From Octopus vulgaris (lineage: Eukaryota), in contig OX597826.1 of assembly GCA_951406725.2 (NCBI GenBank), forward strand, positions 6,448,001-6,512,000: a stretch of 64,000 bases of DNA. Reading direction: 5' to 3'. Numbering within the stretch: position 1 is the first letter of the stretch; each line of letters opens with the position of its first letter. This document shows, piece after piece, positions 39,140 to 54,921 of this stretch. A model generated the notes under the pieces. That model did not search any database, was not told where the DNA came from, and worked only from the letters and a program-made list of their open reading frames with translations. The translations under genes were made by a program, and so were the position numbers.

Positions 39140-39465
39140 TTTTAATCTTTTACTTGTCTCAGTCATTTGACTGCAGCCATGCTGGAGCAACGGCTTTTAG
39201 TCGAGCAAATCGAACCCAGGGCTTATTCTTTGTAAGCCAAGTCACGGGGACGTAAACACACCAGCATCGGTTGTCAAGCAATGTTGGGGGGGGGGGCAAA
39301 CACACACACACACGCATATATATATATATATATATATACGACGGGCTTCTTTCAGTTTCCGTTTATCAAATCCACTCACAGACTGTTGCCCAAGGTGCCA
39401 CGCAGTGGGACTGAATCCGGAATCAAGTGGTTCATAAGCATGCTACTTACCACACAACCTGTCCT
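39140..39465 (-). mobile_element. SINE family B with deletions
   Basis: CAGTCATTTGACTG, CGACGGGCTTCTTTCAGTTTCCG, CCCAAGGTGCCACGCAGTGGGACTGAA. Confidence 0.9.
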
Positions 39466-39906
39466 CATGATATCGTAAGCTGTCTTCGAGAAAAGTTTGA
39501 ACTTGAGACACTACGGAGTGAAATAGTACTTGTTTCTCGAAGCTGTTATTAATTTGACAGATTGGGTCTTAATCAAGGAAACCCGAGTCTTCTTATGTTC
39601 TGGAAGACATATGTCTACATCTTCTAAATACGTTTAATATAAAAAAAATTATATCAAGTATGGAAAGGAAACAAATGTCGACACAAATAAGCATAAACAC
39701 GTGCGATTTGTATGAAATAAATGGGGTCAATAATATGAAGGGATTAAAATGCGATCTACTAAGAAATATACATCAGTACATGCGCGGTGGGGAGGAATGG
39801 ATGGATGTAATGTATGTATATGTATGTATATATATTATATATCTCTGCTTCACTCTCTCTCTATATATATACATACATACATATATATATATATGTATGG
39901 ATGGGC

Positions 39907-39982
<76 letters not shown>

Positions 39983-41343
39983 GTATACATACATGTATAT
40001 ATATATATATAGATAGATAGATACATACATACATACATACATATACATATACCGATACACAGTCAAAAGCCCGAACACACACACACGTGTGTGTGTGTTT
40101 GTGTGTGTTTGTGTGTGTCTAAAGAAACTTCCCGTTTCCCTGTTTTAAACAGCCCACCCGTAAGAATATATGTTTCTGAGAAGTTATGAGGACTTATGAA
40201 ATTAGTAATGGTGATGATAATAGTTATTTGCTGAGATTTGATATGCAAAAAAAACAAAAAATTATGATCTTATTTTCTTTTTTCAATTATTATTTTAGTT
40301 TAGTTTAGTTTTCGATTTTATGATTTAATTTCTTGTGAATCTCAAAGATAAAACGCCCGAATACATCCGCTTGTAAATGATGCTGAAGTTGAAAGTGGAA
40401 ATAAACTACAACCTGCCACTTTCTCTGTTTTTTTCTTTTTCTTTTTCACATTCTTATTCTTTCTCTGTTTCTCACTCTTTCACTCACTCGCTATTAATAT
40501 ACATGTGTATAGAAGTCTCCATGTACATCTGCGTCTGCGTAGATGTGTATCTTTATCTATACATGATTATATTTCAGGAAATTATAGATATGTCAAGCCA
40601 TATTTTTTTGGTCGAACAAACTTTTTAACTGACATATGCTTTATTTATTGTCACTTCATTTCCGCAATAAATGGCTGGTTAAGTTGACTGTTGTAACTGC
40701 ATGGAATATGGAAGTAAATGCTAAACACACATCTACTTACACACAAACGTACTTACTTACAAATACGCACGTTTCTTATATCTTAAAATATTAACCGAAT
40801 CATTACTCAAGACTTAGATAAATGTATTATCGGATTCATTATTAAAATACTGAATTTATCTTCTGATCATTTAACGAGTACAGAAATAGGAGTGTTGGCT
40901 AGTGATACACGTACTAAGTAACAAAAAGTTCAGTAGTTTCTGATAGAGGTATAGAAAGATAGACATACACATATGGATGTGTTAGTATATGTATACATAC
41001 TCAAGTATGTGTGAAAATGTGCACAAAACACACAAACATATATATGTATGCATATGTGTATATATGTATATATGTATGTACATATGTATGCATGTAGGCA
41101 TGTATGCATGTCAGCTGATGCAAACAGGATATATAGAATTCAATCTATGAGTATATGCATATGTTTTTTTTTTTAATATTTAGCAGAAGCAACAGTGACT
41201 ACAGGACCAAATAAAGAAATTTTCGGCTGTTGAGTCATTTTGTTGCTTTCGCTAAATACTAAAATGCGTACATATACGTTTATATATACGTTTACCCTCT
41301 TTTGTATCTACCCCTTTTGATGTTTGGGAATTCTCTGATGTTT

Positions 41344-41432
41344 TTTCGGCTGACGAGTACGAGCCATCTGTATTTACTGCATTTTTTGTAGCTTATTAAA
41401 GATGTCATCGTACGAAACAATTAATACTGAGA
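41344..41432 (+). ncRNA. Type I hammerhead ribozyme-like motif with extended stem II
   Basis: UUUCGG-CUGACGA-GUACGA[45 nt]UCGUAC-GAAAC-AAUUA-A-UA-CUGAGA; perfect 6-bp stem II base, 6-bp stem I with two G-U pairs, C-A mismatch in stem III. Confidence 0.62.
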
Positions 41433-41579
41433 TTTTAATCCAGTCTTGTTGCTTTTTTTCCAATTTGTAATCACCCCGCTTGTCGTATGGTTAACACCAT
41501 ATAGATTTCCGGTGCATTCTAGTTAAGGACCATATGTAAATTCATTAGAATTCATTTGAATCTCAATTACTTAAACCGT

Positions 41580-42026
<447 letters not shown>

Positions 42027-42028
<2 letters not shown>

Positions 42029-42165
42029 TCCCCCGTCTGTCTTGATAGACAATGGGTCGCGCCAAGGGTGGGGCCTACTTTGATGATGAGCAGCGTCTGC
42101 TGTGACTGAACAGTCCAATTCTAGAGTGGCAGTCCCTGGTTCAGTTGCTGCACACGAACATCGAT
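42027..42165 (-). mobile_element. RTE-clade LINE extreme 3' end
   Basis: Minus strand FVCSN*TRDCHSRIGLFSHSRRC, the C-terminal zinc-finger-like motif of RTE ORFs, followed by a short 3' UTR. Confidence 0.85.
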
Positions 42166-42346
42166 GGGTATATATATATATATACTTATATAATTTAATA
42201 TATAGTTATGTATACAGATATGTGTGTGTACATAGGTATACACACACAAGTATACGCACACATATATACAAGCATGTATAAAATATCTATAAGCGTGATA
42301 GTGAATGTGTGTGTGTTAGTGCCGGTATGCGCGCGTGGTAGTGCCG

Positions 42347-42401
<55 letters not shown>

Positions 42402-44226
42402 CGTTTATGTGTGTATGGGTTTATGCGAGTGTTTGCAAGGGGATGTAATCTTTGGATTAATGTAGGAGAGTTTCGAATTGACATCCATGTATATATGTTT
42501 GACCGCTTTATCGGGAGCTGTATCATTGCCGGAGAGTTACCTCAAAACAATAGTAGATATTTAAGGAAACTTATTACAAATCTAGTAGAACAAAAGATGA
42601 CACTCATGAAAATGCCAGATCAATTCAGCATATCAACAATAACAGTTTACCAATACCACTCGACAACATAGTAGCACGTACATTTTTGAAGGAGAAGGCT
42701 TAAGATCATTTTGGGAGTCATGGACTATATTACCTATCTTAAAATCTACTAAGAAAGGGGGGAGAGCAAGCAGGAGACCTGCAGTAGGGGCGAGTATTTA
42801 TTAGTCCATCTCTACTTTCTGCAAGAATCTTGCAAGACACAGACTAAGTGAATTGAATGTAAAACAAAGCTAAGAAATTCGTTGTAGCATTTATGTTAAA
42901 GACGGTTTAGTCAAATTGGAGTTTCCAAATTCCACTAGTGGAAGGAGAAGACACCCCATATTTACGTACCAGAAGAAGCCTCTTCATACCGAGGTTGTGG
43001 TAGTCGGAAAATCCACAGCGAAAGCTCCACAATTAAGTATCTGTATACAAGTATCTATTCCAGTATGAAACTTTGTAACTTAAATCTTAGAGAAACAAAA
43101 ATGCCACACTTGACAGACATGAATTTCATATTCGATGTAAAAAAAAGAACCATGATCAGACAACGTGTGTGTGTGTATGCGTGTCTGTGTGTGTGTTAGT
43201 GTCTGTGTTTGTTTGTGCGTGAGTGTATGCATGTTTATGTATTCTGCATTTGTGTGCATCTGTACAGGTTTGTATAAATATTTTCTCCATCATTTCCGTT
43301 ATTTATGAATTATATATAAAGTGAAATGAAATACCGGTCGTGGCGCCTAGTATCTTTGCAATTGGTTGGCTGAAGCAATCATTTTATACAAAGTATGAGT
43401 TCTTTACAGCTATTACATAACTGATTATTAATTTGGTATGGATTGTATAATGCGCCTTATGTAATTAATCACATGGCATTCCTTCCGTTTTGCAACAGCT
43501 ATGATTATATATTTCAAAGTTTGGTAAAAACTTGAACGTTGCTGCAAAGAGGTACTATGAACAATATTTATCTTTAATTCTACATATGCATAGATATATG
43601 CAACTTATATTAATGTTCTGGCCTCAAGGCTTTAAACGTTTACACCATTTTTGTTTTGGAGATATTATCATCGAGCTTTTTTTTTTTAAATGTGAATGCG
43701 AGCGGAGTTTCGCCTTCGGGTGTGAAATTCCACACTCTGTTTTAGTTAGATTCAGTGTAGGTAGAGATTGTAGTTAACTTAACAGCAAGCTTCCGGATTT
43801 TTCAACGTGCATCGTTTTTTATTGCCATCCCTGCTGAAATAACATTCAGCTACAGAGTTTATACCACAGGAAAAATATCACATACTAAATAAAGTTTATT
43901 GTATATTTCGGCTTCGGACTGCAACGAAACGCCTCTAAAAAATTTATATATGTGTTCGTCCACATGAGAAATTTCAGGTTAACCCTCGACCAGCAATAAA
44001 CAAAAACAACAGAATTATCGCGGATAACACACAAATGTTTGCAAATATTATGTGCACATTCGAAAACATTGTCCAAGATATAGAAGAGACCGAATTGTTA
44101 CGATTGGAACGCTTGAAATTAAGTGTCTTTTCTAAAGGACGTCTCTCTTGTTGCTACAGAATGACAATAATTTGTGTTTAAATGAGATATATATGTGCAT
44201 GTTTCTTTATGCGTGTATTTATATTC

Positions 44227-44284
<58 letters not shown>

Positions 44285-44405
44285 GTAGGTAGGTAGATAC
44301 ATAGGTAGGTAGGTAGGTAGATACATAGGTAGGTAGGTAGGTAGGTAGGTAGGTAGGTAGATAGATAGATAGGTAGATAGGTAGGTAGATAGATAGGTAG
44401 GTAGG

Positions 44406-44447
<42 letters not shown>

Positions 44448-44448
44448 T

Positions 44449-44497
<49 letters not shown>

Positions 44498-44635
44498 CGG
44501 ATATGTATCTATGTACGCATATATATATATATACATACACGCACTTACACACACTCATGCATACACACATATGCATACACAGACACACTCACACACGCAC
44601 ACATAGATACATATATATATATGTGTGTGTGTGAA
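44227..44635. repeat. (GATA)n/(GGTA)n/(CA)n microsatellite
   Basis: Tandem units. Confidence 0.96.
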
Positions 44636-45346
44636 TGTGAATATTGTTTGTGAGTGTAGGGGGTCCGTGTCTTCTTTGTGTGAGTGTGTTTGATGCCCCG
44701 TTATATGTTAAATATTTTCAACGAAAGTGGCATGTCTGTTATAATTTTCTAATTAAAGACGTTGCATGAGTCACTGAAACACAAAGGAGTAGATTAGAAC
44801 CTCAGAACCACGGTTCTTTAAGACAGTGAACCCAAGTCTGCATCGACTAAAGCAGCTGATACAGTCATTTATTTTCAACATTGGTTTCGTATAAAACTTG
44901 CCCTTCCTCATACTGATAAGAAAGAAAAGAACTCAAAGGGCCATGATCCAGCGTGCAAAGGGGCACTCATCTCTCATGTTATTGGGATTTGTGTAAAACT
45001 CTCCTGGTTCTTATTCAATGAGTCATCAATTCACAAGGTGGTTGAAGGATGAACTTAATTATACGTGAATAGCGTGAAATTAGCATGCTCTGATATGGAA
45101 AGCGAATACGTCACAGCATCGATTTTATGCTTCCCATGCGAAGAATCATCCTATCTTACGCTTTTACCACAAACGATTCTCAACGCAGGACTACACTTAA
45201 ATGAACATCCTTAAAAGGAAAAGGAAAAAAAAAGATATATGATTTGCACACTTCGAATTTCATACATGTACACTCATACCTTTATGTGTTATAGGTTTAT
45301 GTGGGATGATATACGCACAAATACTCATACGCATACACAAGCGCAC

Positions 45347-45379
<33 letters not shown>

Positions 45380-45679
45380 CATACATATATACATACATAT
45401 ATATATATATACACATATATATATATTTATATATACACGTGTATAAGCACATATATATCTATGTGTGTGTATATATGTGTGTGTGTGTGTGTGTGTATGA
45501 TATATGTATATATATATATATTTATATATATATTGTATTTAGAAATATTGCATATATGCATACATGCACAAACACGCACACATGAATACATATCTATCTA
45601 TATATATACATATATATATATGTGTGTATGTGTGTCTGTGTATGTGTGTGTGTGTGTGTGTGTGCGCGTGTATAAAGGG

Positions 45680-45862
45680 GAGAATTCACAATAAAAAGAC
45701 GAAGACAAGTGGTGTAGACAACAAACAGATGTATTAGTATAACGCTCGGGGAGTGAAAAAGGCTTCAAAGTTTCGAACCTACGCTCTTCCACAGAAAGGA
45801 ACACAGAAAGAGACAAGAAGAGAAAACAAAGAATGTGTAGGGGCTTGCGATCTATTATGACG
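45680..45862 (-). repeat. Second copy of the 4615-4738 repeat
   Basis: ATAACGCTC.GG..GTTTCGA..CTACGCTCTTC.ACAGAA..CGATCTAT.ATG.CG shared. Confidence 0.75.
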
Positions 45863-45863
45863 A

Positions 45864-45910
<47 letters not shown>

Positions 45911-45992
45911 TGCATGTACGTACATATATATATACATATATACATACATATGCAATATTTATAAACGCAATATACAAATATATATGCATATG

Positions 45993-46029
<37 letters not shown>

Positions 46030-46134
46030 CAATATATAGAACTCCGTCGGACACGACGACGCGGGTCCCAGCTAATAAGATGAACGTAACAGCTTCTTCG
46101 TGAACTTAACATGCTAGTGGCGGAGTACTTCACG

Positions 46135-46213
<79 letters not shown>

Positions 46214-46976
46214 TAGAGAGAGAAAGGGAGATAAAGGTGGGGAATAGCATAGAAAAAAAGAGGATAACTACGTACGGCTCAGGATATTTTGAAAATCTAC
46301 TACAGAATATACCCTCACAACTTTATACCAAGTGTTATTATTGGAACATGATATGATCCAAACCCATCTCGAAACTTCGAGAGAGAGAGAGAGAGAGAGA
46401 GAGATGGGGGAGGTGAGAGAGGGTGGGTGACCAATCCTTATTTCACACGCCATGACGTTATCTGCGACAACGAATATCAGCAATACCTTTTTAAGAATGA
46501 TGGGAAAAATCTAATGGTTTCCTTAACAACCTTACAACAAAAGAGGAGGCCAGTCAATATTAACTAAAGCTTCATAAGAGAAACCGAACATAAATGCACA
46601 CACACACATACACACTACACATACACATACTCACTCAAACACATATCACATATGATATCAATATAATCGTATATATTGTAAAGTGTGTGGTTACACTCTG
46701 CTTCGCTTTGCAGAAATCACTAAAGTGGTTAATATGTATTAGCAGTGAGGGTTATATGTCGTAATATAAAGATTTAGTGCTTTTAGTTAATTATGTAACA
46801 TGGTTTTAGTCTAGCATTCTGGAACGTACAATGAAAGAACCGATATTGGGGTAAGTAGTTCTTTGAATAACCACAGTATGTGTTACTGTATCGAGTACCA
46901 GACCATTGGAACTAAAGGTAAACTGATGTAACATCTAAAATATATGCATACACAAATATGGAATACATTCTCAGAG

Positions 46977-47030
<54 letters not shown>

Positions 47031-48526
47031 CTGTGTGTATTTGTGTACTTTTGTGTTGCGGTATGAAAAGTGCTGTATATATTTCCATCTTGAAATACTG
47101 ATTGCCAAATCGTACCAACTCCCACAGTATGTGTTCTGCAAAATGTGAATCTGCTTTTCTCGATAACAACTGCTGAAAAAAAAAATCAATAAAAAGAAAT
47201 ATTTCTATTAATATGTGAATGTCACTTTTTTATGGTATGAATCGCAGTATACATAAATGTCTATATAGTAATTGTAACACTGAAGAACCGTCTTGAAGTA
47301 AAAAAAAAAAATAAAAACGAAAATACTTCCAATAATTATTGTCATAGATTAATTATTTCATTGAACATTTAAAATTACCAGACGTTTAATTTTTGTTTTT
47401 CTGTTAGTCTTTACACACATAAACACACACACGTATACATATACATATATGAGTAAGTGGTGAGTGTATCTATGTGGGATTGATCATTTTACTAATTCGT
47501 AAAAGCAAGGATGGAATCTCTGAAATCAAGGATATCTCTGAACGTCTTAGGAATGGCAGAAGCATCCCGAATAAACAATTTTGTAGTTGTTCTGTCTCTA
47601 CCTTCAGCATTTAAATCCTGTTTTGTCTTACTTGGCTATTTCTTATAATACACTATCCACATTAGCAGGGCTACCGACTGCGCCTCGGAGTTTTGAAGAG
47701 TGGGTATTCTGTTGCAAGCATTTGGTGTATGTCTCGGGTGCGACGATATATTTCTGAACGAACCTCAGATAGACTGAAATGTATCATAGTCATTGGTCTT
47801 CCTTTCTGACCGAATGATTAAAATATATTCATGCTTATATACAAAAGAGACACATACACACACGTACACACACACACACACAAAACACACAAACACACAG
47901 AAAGACACCCACACTCATAGAGATCTTCACCCAGCGAAAATTATATAATTTTTATATGCTTCTCTATATGCATATTTTTTAATGAATGGTAGACTAAATT
48001 TATAAATATGTGCATATTTAAATTTTACTCTTCTATGTTATTAAGTTTTTGTTAGCAATAGAGAATCGAGTTCTTCTCTCGTTGCGTCTAGAGAGAACAT
48101 ATATTATATATATTGCTGAAAGAAATTCCAACTTTGTCAGATTTTCACGTTTTATTTACCATTGTATAAATAATATAATATAATATAATATAATATAATA
48201 TAATATAATATTATGAAATGGTAGAATATTAAATGTGCATACTGATTGAACTATTTCTTTCATACATTAAACTATGCAATCTTCAAGTTCATATAGTAGT
48301 TATGTTTTACAATTTACATCTGTGGTGAGATGGCTAAACTGTGTGTCTTAAATACATTTTTATGGGTTTCAGAATATAAATTTTTGCAAACTGATTCTGA
48401 AAAATCAGTGTGTGATTTTACTAAATTACTTAAATTGGTTTGTGTTTGGTTTAGGTGTCGCAGTTTGTTGAACATGGCAATATACCTGTTTCTGAACCTG
48501 ACAAAAGCATTAATTGTTAGGCTATT

Positions 48527-48620
48527 CCTCGGCGGAATTTGAACTCAGAACGTAGCGACAGGCGAAACACAGCTAAGCATTTCATCCCACGCGCTAAAGA
48601 TTCAGCCAGGTCGCTGCCTT
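48527..48620 (-). mobile_element. SINE family A 5' head fragment
   Basis: CCTCGGCGGAATTTGAACTCAGAACG..GCTAAGCATTTC. Confidence 0.85.
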
Positions 48621-50023
48621 AAATACTATTAATTTAGCATGCACGTATTAGGTTGCATCTGAAGCCAGACGTTGGTGTTACTCTATCCAAGGAGGGTTCT
48701 TCCACCTATTTACTAACTGTTTTATAATATTTGCTTGATGCTTTACTCCATCTTTACGTTATGAGTTCAAATTCTATTGAGGTGTCTTTGCCCTTCATCC
48801 TTCCAAGATTAATGAAAAGTGTCACTTAAGTACTAGAAGATGTAATCGAAAGATGCCACTCCTGCATATATTCGAGTCTTACCATGTACGGGGTTCGAAA
48901 CCTTGTACTAAAAAGGAGTTATTTACGTTTTCTTAAAAGCTTATAAATTCTTGACATCAACAATAGTAATTTTTATCAAAGCCAACTTCATTGCTAGAGT
49001 TAGAATTAAAAAATAAATTGCTGACGCGTCAGCATGTTCTTTTTTTATACTTTTAATTACTACAATAAAACAGTATAAAATTCTCTTAACGCATCATTAA
49101 TTTATACGTACAGACACACACTCAAATAAACACACATACTCACACATATATATGTGTGTGTGTGTGTGCCTGTACGTATGTATGTATGTATGTATGTATG
49201 TATGTATGTATGTATGTATGTATGTATGTATGTATGTATGTATGTATGTATGCATGTATGTATGTATGTATGCACATACATAGTCATTAATTTCCTATAG
49301 AAAAAAGAAAAACTATGTCAAATTATGAACTAGTAAACCGATATAACTTGAATTTATGTTATCTTAGGTATTTACCTCACATTTTAGATTTAATTAATAT
49401 GTTTTATTTAGATTAAAGCTAGATTAATTACATATATTTACATATGAATAATTTCCTCAAGTAAATATTATTTACATATTGAACAATTTATTTAGTTTTC
49501 TTCTTGCTTCAAAATTTCAAGCTCATATGATATTTTGATTAAAAGTTTTACGTAGCGTCACTTGGTCACCAGACCTTACGGAATGTCATTGATATTTTTA
49601 ATATCTATTTACGCATGAAGTGATAATCTCAATTTATGTATTCACTAAACTCTTACCTACAGTAGTATTTTTCTTTTTTTAATTTGATACTCATTTATTC
49701 TCAATCAAGTAAAGAGAAAAAATCTGTTTGAAGCTAGGAAATTATTTTAGAGCATGAGTGATTGAATTCATATTTTTTAATAATAATAAAAAAAAATGAA
49801 ATACCAATTCAGTTAAATTTAATATTTTTTTCTTTGTTCTCGTTCACTAGACTTATTCCTGTTTGCGTATTTCACTATCTCCGCATGTTTCTAAGTTGTT
49901 TTCGCGTATACATATGTTTATTTACGTATGTATGTATGTATGTATGTATATATGTATATATATGTTTATGTACGTATGTTCGTATATTGTATTATATGTA
50001 CATATATAAATACATTCACACAT

Positions 50024-50079
<56 letters not shown>

Positions 50080-50098
50080 ATGTGTGTGTGTGTGTATG

Positions 50099-50131
<33 letters not shown>

Positions 50132-50142
50132 ACAAGTGGGTG

Positions 50143-50440
50143 TATACAGGGAGAATAATTTTAAAAAACTATCCGCACTTTCCCCAAAACCTTCTGCGGG
50201 ATAGCCACACTATATTCAGTACTCACGCCGTGAAAGAGAGTATTGTGGTTGCATAATCGAAGGTTGACCTGGTTCGCTCCAGTTTTCTCTCTTGTGTTAC
50301 AGATTAAGCATTGGCGCTCTGCTAGCACTGCGCACCAAGAAATAACAAATATCGGTAATCCGATATCTCTTGTCTAAATGTGTGTCAGGGGCTGAAATTT
50401 ATCACTGGATTTTAGCAGAATATGGACACAGCACTTAGTT
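50143..50440 (+). mobile_element. Mariner 5' fragment
   Basis: ALLALRTKK*QISVIRYLLSKCVSGAEIYHWILAEYG resembles a mariner transposase N-terminal HTH; starts TACAGGG. Confidence 0.7.
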
Positions 50441-51089
50441 CTTACGCTCGTAAATATTCATCATCCTAGAAGAATTAGAAAATATAGTCAAAGAGTTCTT
50501 CGCCTCGCAGGGCAAGAACTGGCATCAGTGTGGGATCAAATAAAATTTGCAGGAAGATAACTCCTGACAGTGCAACACGACATCCTCTATTTTGAATGCT
50601 AGATTACTCTTGTTGTAACTTGACAAATAAAACAAATACGAAAGCATAAGTTTGCAAAAGTTTGGACTCAAGAAAACATATATGTATGAGTATGCCTTAA
50701 TGCACCATATATGCGCCTATATGAGAGAATCTATCCAAGATAAAACCGTAGTATTCACTGTTCTAACAAGACATTCAAGTTAAGTTAGATATGTAAATTT
50801 GTGTATGAAATGATGCTGATAATCTGTATATCGTAACAACAAAACTAAACTGTTATGCAGTCGAGTCTCGGCGACAGAACAATTGACGTATGCTCCTATC
50901 GATCTGTTTGCTTTTATGCATCAAGTTTCTAATATAAGACCATCGCAAAAGGCTAACATCGCGGTGTTCAGTGTTCTAAGATGACACACATATTACGTTG
51001 GATATAACGATCCTGTTTGCTAAAATTGAATAGAATAAATAAGATAAAGATGAATGCACACGTACATGTACATGGCGAACCAAATGACT

Positions 51090-51098
51090 AATAATTAT

Positions 51099-51164
<66 letters not shown>

Positions 51165-51217
51165 TATAGTCAAATAATAAAAATAATAATAGGTAATTAA
51201 TAATAATAATAATAATG

Positions 51218-51288
<71 letters not shown>

Positions 51289-51401
51289 GATAATAATAAT
51301 AATAATAATTATAATAATAATAACAATAATAGTCAAATAATTAAAATAATAATAGGCAATTAATAATAATAATAGTCAAATAACAAAAATAATAATAGGC
51401 A

Positions 51402-51483
<82 letters not shown>

Positions 51484-51500
51484 TTAATAATAAGAAGAAT
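51090..51500. repeat. (TAA)n tract with higher-order duplication
   Basis: TAGTCAAATAA..AAAATAATAATAGG.AATTAA unit occurs three times within (TAA)n. Confidence 0.93.
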
Positions 51501-52199
51501 GATAAATATTCTGCTCAATACCACAGATTTGCTTGTCAGTTGTTTGACTTTAACCAGTTGAGCATATCTGTCAGAAACATGAGCAGTGTGTACCTACATC
51601 CTTTCATTACAGGTGTGTTAACGATTTGTACCTCGTTCAGCAGGTGTCCTGTGAGATGATCGCTTGCGATTATATATTTCTTCATTACACCATATATTTT
51701 TCTTTGAATGTTTTACTTTTTTCGGGTAGAGCCATATTATGTATTATGTAAAAGAATCATAGAGCTGTTAAAAATGAAGGTCTCGTTCTTAGTTATTAGC
51801 GTGATTTCCACGTTTCTGTCTCTTTGGCTAGTTGACCGCCGATGTAATGTGAAGGAGTTATCCTTAATTAGAGAAACCCGTTGTGGTTATTAGGACCTAT
51901 GCGTCACTAATAGGATGAAAGTAGATCGTTAACTCAGCATAGTACACAGAAACAACTGTGAATTCAGTCTTACTCTCACCTTGATTAACTAATTAAATAA
52001 TGTTTTTTAGCACCAAAGACACAATTCTCATTGGTGTTTTTCCTCCATATTCTATATATACATTAAACTACGCTTTACCGTTTTAAATACCTGCTGCAGT
52101 ATACCTTTATTTACCTGCTGCAGTATACCTTATACCAAGGAACATACTTACTGAGGTAATTACCAGAAGTGCCTTTGGATACCTCTAACTTATACCTTA

Positions 52200-52318
52200 T
52201 ATATGTATATATATATATATATATATATGAATGTATGTGTGTGTATGCACGTGTGTGTGTGTAGATGTATCTTCGTGTATAATTATACTGAGAGATAGAA
52301 GCATAAATAGATAGATTA

Positions 52319-52400
<82 letters not shown>

Positions 52401-52401
52401 T

Positions 52402-52432
<31 letters not shown>

Positions 52433-52445
52433 TGGTTGATTGATT
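52200..52445. repeat. (TA)n and (GATA)n microsatellites
   Basis: Tandem units. Confidence 0.93.
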
Positions 52446-52624
52446 GAAAGATAGACATTCAAAATAACAAACAACATTCTCTTCCCAAATCAGCTCCTAT
52501 TTTGAACACTTTTATGTAAACTGTTTAAACACTGAGCCTTTCTTAGTATTTTCTTATCGTTGTCAAAAATTCTATTCCTTAACATCTTATCATTGTCAAA
52601 GGCTTTCTCACTGTATTTTACTCT

Positions 52625-52878
52625 CTCTTTTACGCTTTTACTCTTTTACTTGTTTCAATTATTTGGGTGTGGCCATGCTGGAACACTACCTTTAGTCGAA
52701 GAAATCGACCCCAGGACTTATTCTTTGTAAGCCTAGTATTTATTCTATCGGCCTCTTTTGCCGGGAGCGTAAACACACCAGCATCGGTTGTCAAGCGATG
52801 TTCGGGGACAAACACAGAAACACAAACATATAACCCCTCCCCCATAAATATATATGTATATAGCTATCTATCTATATA

Positions 52879-52915
<37 letters not shown>

Positions 52916-53057
52916 GACGGGCTTCTTTCAGTTTCCGCCTATCAAATCCACTCACAAGCCTTTGGTCGGCCCGTCGCTACAGTAGAAGACACTTGCGCAA
53001 ATGAACCCGAAACCATGTGTTGGTAAGTAAGCTACATACCACACAGCCGCTCCTGCA
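52625..53057 (-). mobile_element. SINE family B near full-length
   Basis: Tail, internal (TA)n and head (CATACCACACAGCCGCTCCTG) in order. Confidence 0.9.
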
Positions 53058-54051
53058 TGAACCCATAAATTTTTGGTAATGAGAAATTACCCCAGATAAA
53101 TGTCATCTGAATTCAAACATGAATCAGGATATTTTAATTTATATTTATAATTTTATTTTCAGAAAATATATGCTTTCCGTATATGTGCGCATTAACTGAA
53201 AAATCTGGAAGAAATTTGCGACGAGAATGCTACCTTGTTATTTTGAATGTGTATGTGTGTGTATATACGGGTGTGCATATATGTGTGCGGTGAATTTGTG
53301 GAGGCTTGACAGACGGATTGAATTAGTATGGTGAGCTCGGGAATTTGATGTCCTTGTTCGTAAACACGCTTGGATTACAAGAGTTTCCAACGCGTCAGTG
53401 TCCGGAAATGTGGTGTTGTACATCCAATAGAAGTCTGTAAAATGCAGACGGTTCGTAAACACCATTATTTATAAAGCAATAAAGAATGATACGTTCTGTT
53501 TCGTTTTGCTCTTTTCATGTTGCGCTAATGTTATGCGTCATTGTGTTGTAGGCCATCGTTGTAAAATCAAATATTATTGAAATAAGACAAAGTAGAAATA
53601 AGCGCGCAGAATCTAAAACCTGAAGAACTGAGAAAAGGACATGTTTGTGTAAACTGGGAGGAGCACAAAAGAAAAAAAAAGGACCAGCAATATATAATGG
53701 GAGACTGAAAGAAATCTACAGAGATAAGGCGAAAACTCATACGAAATTATACAGAGCCACATTTAAAGATGGAACTAGAAACACAATCTAAAAAATGCTA
53801 GATAAAAAGGGAAAGGACAAACAAGAAAGGAGATAAGACAATATCTACAACAAATTATTTATGGAATCATCACCTTGGACTGAAACAATTAAGTATCGGA
53901 AGAAATGAAAACGTAACTGAGAAGACATACAAAACAAAATGAAGGATGAAGAGAAAATTGTGAAGCAGGAAGACATAAAAAAATATTGTAATTAATGAAA
54001 TGAGTAAATGTGAGAAAGAACGTAAGGGGAGAAAACTTGATATACGCAATA

Positions 54052-54054
<3 letters not shown>

Positions 54055-54094
<40 letters not shown>

Positions 54095-54116
54095 TTTCTA
54101 TAAATAAATGAATATC

Positions 54117-54153
<37 letters not shown>

Positions 54154-54219
54154 ATGGGTGGGTGTGTATGTATATATATATGCTTACCTAAACCCAAGCA
54201 GACACATACATACAGACAT

Positions 54220-54285
<66 letters not shown>

Positions 54286-54325
54286 GTTTGTATGCATATA
54301 TGTATATATGTGTGTATATATATAA

Positions 54326-54407
<82 letters not shown>

Positions 54408-54420
54408 GTGTATGTATGCA
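54055..54420. repeat. (TA)n/(TG)n/(TATATG)n microsatellite
   Basis: Tandem units. Confidence 0.95.
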
Positions 54421-54921
54421 TTAAAGATTAAAGAAAAAAGATACAAATCAATGAACAAGACTTTGATATTTTTATCTTGTCTCAAGGATTAGACGTCTGA
54501 AAATGTCACGAAATCATATCTCAAATTTCTGTAATTCACACTGACTCTATTTCAGAGGTCTTGTCATTCTGTCTGCCAAATATTAATTTAATACAATCTT
54601 AAATTTTAAAGAAATATCATTACAGCAGCTGATAAACAACACTATTTGTAATAGAAACAATAATACTATAACAAAGAGCAAAAATAAAATTATGATAATA
54701 TTGATTTAGAACGTAACCAGAGTTGAAAATAAATTGTAAACAAGATTGAAGTCGATTAAATCTGTTTAATTACTGGTACTTATTACAAAGAAAGTGGGTT
54801 GATGAAAGCAAATATTGGTCAAGAACGTTAAATTTAGCTTGATTTAAAAATAAAAAAAAACTTTGACTCGGCAAACATTTTGAGGTTTGCATTTAATATT
54901 CTTCTGTTTTGAATATAATAA

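Noticed and set aside
39484-39542. Short inverted repeat CTTCGAGAAAAGT / ACTTGTTTCTCGAAG
   Set aside because: Stem is too short and the loop unstructured to suggest function
49019-49034. Perfect 16-bp palindrome TGCTGACGCGTCAGCA
   Set aside because: Single isolated occurrence; about one such palindrome is not unexpected by chance in this length
52088-52133. ~24-bp tandem duplication TACCTGCTGCAGTATACCTTTAT
   Set aside because: Ordinary local slippage duplication
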